Sequence record: MT233524.1
DNA from: Salmonella phage vB_Sen_I1
Direction: 5' to 3' (one strand)
DNA: 32,000 nt
Below are positions 25,988 to 32,000 of this stretch, piece after piece; position 1 is the first letter of the stretch, and each line of letters opens with the position of its first letter. The position numbers and the translations under genes were made by a program. The notes beneath the pieces are model-generated. The model did not search any database, was not told the origin of the DNA, and was given only the letters and a program-made list of their open reading frames with translations.

Positions 25988-26430
25988 ATTAAACCGCCTA
26001 TTGCTAGAGTTTCTAGGAACAGAGAAAACTGCCCTAGAATATGTGCAAATCCGATGAATATTTTTGTGTGATCTCTAGAATTTGTGCTTATCAATTTCCT
26101 AGAAACTTAGGAGTCTAGAAGAAAGTGTTGTGCCATCCTAGCAGATGAGCGGCAACAGGTGTATCATCTTGAACACAGATATTGCCATTAAAAATATTTA
26201 AATAATATAAAGAAAAAGAGACCCCCAATTTCATGAGAGTCTCTCCTGGGGGCGCGTGATTAATTACGTGAGTACTCATGCCGTCATACCGCTGTTGCTA
26301 GGCCGCAAGCTATACGAGACATTCGTGTAATAATCATCGCCCCTAGAGTTAATCAACTAGAGTAGTTGTTAATCTATGAGATTATTATAACATGTTTGGG
26401 TATGAGAATGCAAGAACTTTTTGTTAACTT

Positions 26431-27144
26431 TTATTCCTCCTTCTTGGATTTGAGTTTGATACCTAAGGATGCGAAGTAGATATAAGTTGCTAAATAGGAA
26501 GCAGTGGATCCTGTATCATCGTAATCCATAGTTCCACGAGCTGCTCTAGTATACTCAGGAGCGTAGTTTAATATCGTGTAACTTGGCATTCCTAGCGACT
26601 TACATAGTTCTTTAAATGTATCCTCGTATTTATGGCACATGAAATGCACAGCATTCTCTAAGGGTGTTAACTCTAGATCTTTATGGAGAGCTACAGTCAA
26701 ACTCGCTAGCATTGTGCCAATCCCACGATAAACTTCATCTTTAACTAGAGTTGGTTTCTCTTTTTCTAGCGGAGGAAGATGTGCATATTTACTATGTTTG
26801 AAGGGGATAAGATCTTCGCTAGCTAATGCTTCTTTAAATGATGCTTCCTTAAATCTTGGGAGATCTTCATCGATAAGGATATGAATAGCATTAGAAGAGA
26901 AACCTTTTGCTTCAGGATCTAAAGCCTTTAATGCTTTATTCACCTCTACATATGAGCCTGACCAAACTACTTGTTTTGCATCACGATCATATTTGATCTT
27001 ACCCTTATCCCACCTAGCAGGATAATAATCTCCTAAAAACATTACTGCATATTTTTCTTCATCAGTTAGCTGGGAAAGACTCTTTTGTGTAGCACCCCGC
27101 GCTAACTGAATGAGACGTTTTAATTTTTCGGCTTCTTTAATCAT
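26431..27144 (-). CDS. Early protein, unknown
   Basis: 237-aa ORF, overlaps the next start by 4 nt. Confidence 0.75.
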   Translation of the reverse strand: MIKEAEKLKRLIQLARGATQKSLSQLTDEEKYAVMFLGDYYPARWDKGKIKYDRDAKQVVWSGSYVEVNKALKALDPEAKGFSSNAIHILIDEDLPRFKEASFKEALASEDLIPFKHSKYAHLPPLEKEKPTLVKDEVYRGIGTMLASLTVALHKDLELTPLENAVHFMCHKYEDTFKELCKSLGMPSYTILNYAPEYTRAARGTMDYDDTGSTASYLATYIYFASLGIKLKSKKEE

Positions 27145-27488
27145 ATATCAGACGCTTGCTCCCCTGTTTCTTTCTTTTCTGGCTTAGGTTTTCTTGCAAC
27201 CTCTGCAAAGGTTCCTTTAGTTCTTTCTTTAGCTGGAAGATCTACTTTATACCACAGGATTCCTAATTGTTGTGCTAAGTGAGCTATATTCTTTGGTGTT
27301 ATACTTGGAATATCTTCCCTAGCAGAGACTACAGATATTATATCAAATAACTCTCCTATTTTTGGCTTATTAGTAGTTATTAGAATATATTCTAATGTTT
27401 CTATTTCTACATTTTCATCTTTATAGTAAAGACTAAGAGTAATTAAATCGTCACCAGCAGAAGTTATTTTTGTTTTACCAAATATCAT
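27141..27488 (-). CDS. Early protein, unknown
   Basis: 115-aa ORF coupled to neighbours. Confidence 0.7.
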   Translation of the reverse strand: MIFGKTKITSAGDDLITLSLYYKDENVEIETLEYILITTNKPKIGELFDIISVVSAREDIPSITPKNIAHLAQQLGILWYKVDLPAKERTKGTFAEVARKPKPEKKETGEQASDI

Positions 27489-28084
27489 TAACTACCTCTC
27501 TTATCTTCATTAAGAGCAGCTCCCAACGCTTCAAGGATAGTATCATTTATACTCCCAGGCCTAAGATTATTAAAGTGAGTAACATAGATGGGACTTCTAA
27601 AACCTTCAGTATCCCCAGGCGCTACGCTTTTCATATCAGATTCAAAAGCTTCTTGAGTATGTTTCAACTGTACAGAAGGACCATAATCTTCACCAACTCG
27701 ATAGGACTGATTAGACGACAGCGTACCGCCACATGGAACATTGTGCAAATCCGATGATTTATTTAATAGTGCAATACCACTTCTTGACCATGGATCACTA
27801 ACAGCGGTACTGGGGCGGTTCACTTCAGTCTTCACAAGTTTGTACCCTGCATCGATTAATGAGTTAATTAGATTATCAGCTGGGATGCGCGCCTTACCAA
27901 AAATCTTACGAGCGTCTTCTAACTTACCTTCAAAATCTTTGCACGCTCTAAGGTCGGTGTGTGCAAATGTTAGCTTCATAGATTTGAATTGTACAGTAGC
28001 AGTTAAATCTTTAATGCTATAATCCCACGTATTCAATTCATGATCTGGTACTACTTGAATAGCTTGTTGTGTATTAAAAGTCAT
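27488..28084 (-). CDS. Early protein, unknown
   Basis: 198-aa ORF coupled to neighbours. Confidence 0.7.
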   Translation of the reverse strand: MTFNTQQAIQVVPDHELNTWDYSIKDLTATVQFKSMKLTFAHTDLRACKDFEGKLEDARKIFGKARIPADNLINSLIDAGYKLVKTEVNRPSTAVSDPWSRSGIALLNKSSDLHNVPCGGTLSSNQSYRVGEDYGPSVQLKHTQEAFESDMKSVAPGDTEGFRSPIYVTHFNNLRPGSINDTILEALGAALNEDKRGS

Positions 28085-28269
28085 TATTTATTCTCCAGTT
28101 TGTCTAACAGTTTATGGGCTGCTAGATTATATTGTTTGAGTTCACGATTAAGGATTTGGTTCTCACACTTTAACTCCAAATTCTTATTATTAAGAATATT
28201 ACAGATTAGTAGAAGTGCTAATATAACTACTAACGAACCTATGAGCATTAAAAGAAAAAGAGTTTCCAT
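28084..28269 (-). CDS. Small membrane protein
   Basis: METLFLLMLIGSLVVILALLLICNILNN... TM plus charged tail. Confidence 0.6.
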   Translation of the reverse strand: METLFLLMLIGSLVVILALLLICNILNNKNLELKCENQILNRELKQYNLAAHKLLDKLENK

Positions 28270-28811
28270 TATTTTATCTCCATTCTTAGCTTTGAAAACT
28301 TATTATACCAAACTATATGATTATCGTCAATTACAAATTTATGGTAACATGCTGGTACGGTATAAGTTCCATAATCCGTGACACGCTGCACAACCTTGTG
28401 TGCACACAGTCGACAACCATGCCCTTCTAAATGAGATCTAGCAGTTTGCCAGTAATAACCATCATGGTCTGGACAATAGATCTCGACCTGCTGTTGCATT
28501 GTCCTATAATTTACACGCTCATACCCGAAGAAAGCTCCATGAGCTGCAACAGCTTTCTTGATAAATATAAGGTTTAGTGCTTCTTGTTGAAAGTCTGGAT
28601 GTAGCTGCTTAATCTTAGTTCTATTAATAGATCCATCTGATTTGATGAACCTATTTATTGGAAAGTTGTTAGCTTCCTCTATTAATAATTCATTTACTTT
28701 CTCTCTCATATTAGATACTCTCACAACTAAGGTGGAAACATTCGTAAGCATCCCCAGTAAACTCTTTATCCTGTAGTAAACACTTAGCTTGGTCTTCCGG
28801 TACTCCAACAT
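28269..28811 (-). CDS. Zinc-binding protein resembling homing-endonuclease-associated domains
   Basis: 180 aa with AVAAHGAFFGYERVNYRTMQQQVEIYCPDHDGYYWQTARSHLEGHGCRLCAHK. Confidence 0.6.
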   Translation of the reverse strand: MLEYRKTKLSVYYRIKSLLGMLTNVSTLVVRVSNMREKVNELLIEEANNFPINRFIKSDGSINRTKIKQLHPDFQQEALNLIFIKKAVAAHGAFFGYERVNYRTMQQQVEIYCPDHDGYYWQTARSHLEGHGCRLCAHKVVQRVTDYGTYTVPACYHKFVIDDNHIVWYNKFSKLRMEIK

Positions 28812-28914
28812 CTAATAATTGTTGTTTACTTGGCTTTTCAGCAAATACCTTTACAAAATACTCGCCATCCTGATTATACTCATTTATATCTCTAGTAAGG
28901 ACATATACTTGCAT
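28711..28914 (-). CDS. Small protein, unknown
   Basis: 67-aa ORF; overlaps the N-terminus of the annotated 28269-28811 ORF, whose true start is probably further downstream. Confidence 0.5.
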   Translation of the reverse strand: MQVYVLTRDINEYNQDGEYFVKVFAEKPSKQQLLDVGVPEDQAKCLLQDKEFTGDAYECFHLSCESI

Positions 28915-28930
28915 TTGAAGTTCCTTGAAA

Positions 28931-28963
28931 ACATAAAAGGCCAGAACAATTAAGTCCTGGCCT
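28931..28963 (-). terminator. Rho-independent terminator
   Basis: Minus strand AGGCCAG-gacttaattgtt-CTGGCCTTTTATG, just after the 28971 stop. Confidence 0.75.
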
Positions 28964-28970
28964 CCTAAAA

Positions 28971-29343
28971 TTAATGAAGTTGTTTACCACTTCTTAACAT
29001 AGTGGCCGTTTCCATAAGACCTAGCGTAGCATCACGCTTATTGATCTGTTTACCAAGTTCATCAGTACGTTTACTGATGTAAGCATTAATAGCCATATTC
29101 ATAGCTGTAGCGAGATCTTCTTTGGTTATCTCTTCATCGTCTAAAGCTAATTTAGCCAAAGAATCAAATGTGCTAGAGAGTCCTATAAGATCTGAGGTTT
29201 CTCCAGCCAAAATAGGATTAATATTATCTACTGTTACTTCTAGCATGGAGTTGACAATATCTTCACCGTCTATTAGACCAGTTTCAATATTACTCTCCCA
29301 CTCCTTCATCTGCTCCAATAAGGGATTTTTCTTTTCTGTCATG
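28971..29343 (-). CDS. Early protein, unknown
   Basis: Start MTEKKNPLLEQMKEWE more likely than the upstream track start at 29408. Confidence 0.65.
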
Positions 29344-29751
29344 GTAGAGGTTTCCTGTGTCAGTCGGTAAGAAGGATGATTGTGTCTTAGGAGGATGTTG
29401 TTTAGCAATCCAGTTAAGAATCAGCACGCGACTAGGAACAATATCGGTGTTATACCAAAAATCGTGAACCCATTGACGAGCGTCTTCAAACTTACCAAAT
29501 TTATATGCTTTCTTAAATAATTCAAATCCAAAACAATCTGGTGTAAAGTCTACTTCGCGATATTGAATTACTTTAGAACCAGTTAGGTCTTGGATCGCTG
29601 CATTAATTTCTGTATGCGAGAATTTTGTTTCATGAAACTTATTAAAGAATCGGTAGTTGAAGCGTCCGTTCGTTTCGACAAACAACTGGATGAAGAGATC
29701 GTTAAATTGGTTATCAAACCAGTAATTCTGTAGTTGTTGTAGTGCTGTCAT
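29290..29751 (-). CDS. Early protein, unknown
   Basis: 153-aa ORF. Confidence 0.65.
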   Translation of the reverse strand: MTALQQLQNYWFDNQFNDLFIQLFVETNGRFNYRFFNKFHETKFSHTEINAAIQDLTGSKVIQYREVDFTPDCFGFELFKKAYKFGKFEDARQWVHDFWYNTDIVPSRVLILNWIAKQHPPKTQSSFLPTDTGNLYHDRKEKSLIGADEGVGE

Positions 29752-29948
29752 TTACGAACTCCGTTAATTGCCATGATAATGCCTTCATACATAAAAGGAA
29801 GTAGCCCAGAAGTGTAGAAGATATTTTCCGTTATTCCTAGATGTCGAAAAAGTATATTAAATAATGCTGTTAGAAATACAATCTGAGGCAGTAATACAAA
29901 ATACTCAGTTACAATCTTTGGTGCCTGATAAACAAGACGTTTTACCAT
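29748..29948 (-). CDS. Small membrane protein
   Basis: 66-aa hydrophobic ORF coupled to 29290-29751. Confidence 0.55.
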   Translation of the reverse strand: MVKRLVYQAPKIVTEYFVLLPQIVFLTALFNILFRHLGITENIFYTSGLLPFMYEGIIMAINGVRK

Positions 29949-30047
29949 TGTTTTTAAGTCTCCTTATTACTTTGGCCTGCTCCACAATAATAAAAACTGC
30001 AAGCACTAATAGTGCTATTAGCCCCGCAGTAATTGGTACTAGATCAA

Positions 30048-30425
30048 TCATGGGAGACGCCATACATAATTAGCTGTCTGTAGAACTTCAGAAACACCAT
30101 CATGTTGCATCACTACAGACGTTGGAGAGTAACTATCCGCCAGTTCTGTACGAACCATCTCACGTTCTTCTCCGGTATTGATATTTTTAACAATCACTTT
30201 CATATTAAGGGGCGTTAATACAGAAAGTGGTTTCCAAGAGTCCTCAATTTCAATTCCTACCTTTTTCTCGATTACCATGAGAACTTCTAGTGTATCATCT
30301 GGAATACTAATATTATTATTTACAAACTGTAACAGCTCATGCAAAGTATTTAATTCGTTAAAATTAAGTTTCATCTTTAAGAATATCCTCAACCATATCA
30401 CAGGACTGTTGCAATTCGTCAGCAA
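30048..30425 (-). CDS. Early protein, unknown
   Basis: 125-aa ORF (likely start MKLNFNELNTL). Confidence 0.6.
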   Translation of the reverse strand: MLTNCNSPVIWLRIFLKMKLNFNELNTLHELLQFVNNNISIPDDTLEVLMVIEKKVGIEIEDSWKPLSVLTPLNMKVIVKNINTGEEREMVRTELADSYSPTSVVMQHDGVSEVLQTANYVWRLP

Positions 30426-30609
30426 TGCGTTTAATATCGGTCTTCGTCACTTTACCAATTAACATCACCAGTAACATAGAAAGTATAATAAGTGGGACTG
30501 GAATAACAAATAGTGCTACCTTAACTACATTCTTTGGTGCCCATGTATGGTACTTAGTAACTAGAACTCCCACCACGATTAGATAAAATGCTAGAATAAA
30601 CATCATCAT
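30364..30609 (-). CDS. Small membrane protein
   Basis: 81-aa ORF with two TM-like segments. Confidence 0.6.
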   Translation of the reverse strand: MMMFILAFYLIVVGVLVTKYHTWAPKNVVKVALFVIPVPLIILSMLLVMLIGKVTKTDIKRIADELQQSCDMVEDILKDET

Positions 30610-30887
30610 TTTTTAATCTCCGTGATTATCTGTGTACGCATTACTTTAGCTGGTAATTTATTATTCCCAATTATTGCTTCTATATTATTTAATTTTTCTT
30701 TAAGAATATCTGAGCGTCTTTGTGCTAATTCAATATCTTGCTCTTGCTCTAGCAAACGGTGGTGTAGTCTATCATTAGTAATAAGCATACTTTCCATGTT
30801 TTTTCGTGCATTCACAATCCCAATAACTCCACCAATCGCTACTAGCGTAGTAAGAATTAGTAACCCAATAAGAATTTCAACCAACAT
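30606..30887 (-). CDS. Membrane-anchored coiled-coil protein
   Basis: 93 aa; N-terminal TM and charged helix. Confidence 0.6.
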   Translation of the reverse strand: MLVEILIGLLILTTLVAIGGVIGIVNARKNMESMLITNDRLHHRLLEQEQDIELAQRRSDILKEKLNNIEAIIGNNKLPAKVMRTQIITEIKK

Positions 30888-31051
30888 TAAATATCCTTAC
30901 ATTTTTCATTGTTTGGAACTAGTTTACACATCTCCACATTTAACTCGTGGATAGAATTGTCTAGTTCTGCTAAACGTGTGTGAAGAGAAACTATACTATA
31001 TATTAACACTCCTAAAAGGAGTGATAGCATAAAAATGGATATTCTTTCCAT
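30887..31051 (-). CDS. Small membrane-anchored protein missing from the supplied track
   Basis: MERISIFMLSLLLGVLIYIVSLHTRLAELDNSIHELNVEM..., stop/start overlap TAATG with 30606-30887. Confidence 0.55.
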   Translation of the reverse strand: MERISIFMLSLLLGVLIYSIVSLHTRLAELDNSIHELNVEMCKLVPNNEKCKDI

Positions 31052-31320
31052 TATTTCTTACCTTTCAGTTGCTTAACTTCACGCTCAAAAGATGCTGCAC
31101 GACGTTCGGCAGTTGCCTGATGCTCTTTAGCAAAACGTGCCTCTTGTTTTGCAAGGTTGAATGCCATAGCATTCTTATTCAGAGAATCGTACATCTTTTT
31201 CATAGCCGGAATAGACATCTTCATGAGCTGACCCTCAAATCCTTGCATGTCGAGGAGAATTGCCAGAACGTTAGCCATTTCGTTTTTAGTCATGTTTTCC
31301 ATTAGAATTTCCTCTCTCAT
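31051..31320 (-). CDS. Early coiled-coil protein, unknown
   Basis: 89-aa ORF; likely start MTKNEMANVLAILLDMQGFEG. Confidence 0.6.
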   Translation of the reverse strand: MREEILMENMTKNEMANVLAILLDMQGFEGQLMKMSIPAMKKMYDSLNKNAMAFNLAKQEARFAKEHQATAERRAASFEREVKQLKGKK

Positions 31321-31380
31321 TAATTTATGAACTTATTATACAGAATTTTAAGGCTTAAAGCAACTGAATTTTTTAATTAC

Positions 31381-31812
31381 TTACCAATCGTTAACAACAC
31401 CAGAGAACTCAGAAGCAAAAACTTTTTCAAATTTTTCTGCAATTTCAGGATGATCTTTACAGATTAACTCAATACATGCTTCTGGAGTCATTCCTTCATC
31501 TTCAGGATCACCATAATACTTGTCCCAAAGATCATCAGGGATGATGTGCTCTGCCAAATCTTGGAAAGAGATTAGCTGATAACGTTCTGCTTCCTCAGGG
31601 ATAAGGATTTCACAAAGATCTTTACCTATATCACTACGGTAATCAGCAATTAGCAAGGCATTGCAAGCATGACACTCCCAAACCATCAAGCGTTCAGAAA
31701 TAGGATTAGACTTATCCTGAACGTAGGACTGAAACAGGGTTCGGAAAGTAGCTTTAACTTGTTCAAACTTATCTGCTGCTGCGAAAACTAGGGCTTTATC
31801 AACTTTGTTCAT
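31381..31812 (-). CDS. Early acidic protein, unknown
   Basis: 143-aa ORF. Confidence 0.65.
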   Translation of the reverse strand: MNKVDKALVFAAADKFEQVKATFRTLFQSYVQDKSNPISERLMVWECHACNALLIADYRSDIGKDLCEILIPEEAERYQLISFQDLAEHIIPDDLWDKYYGDPEDEGMTPEACIELICKDHPEIAEKFEKVFASEFSGVVNDW

Positions 31813-32000
31813 TTTTACTCCTTCTCATCAATTTATAAAGTAATTATACAGAAACTTAGGCATTTTAGCAAATAAAACTTTTAATTAAAATGCCTAATCC
31901 TGTACTAATAGCAATACAAATGATTATAAGTATTGCTACTGCTTGTATGACTCGTTTAATGATAACCTCAGCTATATACTTAGACATTTAACATCCAGCT

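Larger units (their letters stand above)
24801..26055 (+). repeat. Dispersed 14-bp motif TGTGCAAATCCGA(C/T), 8 of 9 copies in this interval
   Basis: 24801-24814, 24847-24860 (one change), 24874-24887, 25490-25503, 25525-25538 (one internal change), 25869-25882, 25904-25917, 26042-26055; ninth at 27742-27755. Confidence 0.95.

Noticed and set aside
27470-28381. Plus-strand ORFs opposite early genes (95, 93 and 113 aa)
   Set aside because: Antisense to a tightly coupled minus-strand operon; composition looks like mirrored coding sequence.

Overview
The window is a T5-like phage (Demerecviridae/Tequintavirus type). It spans the right-end late region, the probable long terminal repeat (LTR) with pre-early genes, and the start of the early region. 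(1) About 1-11.3 kb, minus strand: tail chaperone-like fragment, baseplate tube protein, pb6-like tail tube, head-tail connector proteins, pb8-like capsid, prohead protease, pb10-like decoration protein, portal, two nucleases, large and small terminase. (2) 11.3-13.4 kb: pb5-like receptor-binding protein and a divergent Llp-like lipoprotein. (3) About 14.9-24.8 kb: pre-early block with dmp, A1 and A2 homologues, followed by a cluster of small plus-strand ORFs. (4) About 24.8-31.9 kb: mostly unknown early genes on the minus strand. The most notable non-coding signals are a 132-bp inverted repeat at 20546-20677 / 24434-24565, whose arms each carry two perfect DnaA boxes and a LexA/SOS-box-like palindrome; a four-unit 15-bp AT-rich tandem repeat beside the left arm; an array of Fur-box-like repeats beside the right arm; a dispersed same-strand motif TGTGCAAATCCGA(C/T) (9 copies) after the probable LTR; and strong hairpins close to the ends of most pre-early genes. 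T5 is already known to have repeats and DnaA boxes around its injection-stop signal, so part of this architecture is probably known in type. The LexA-like, Fur-like and TGTGCAAATCCGAC features are the ones most worth checking. All homology calls are from recognised sequence, protein length and gene order; no database search was run.
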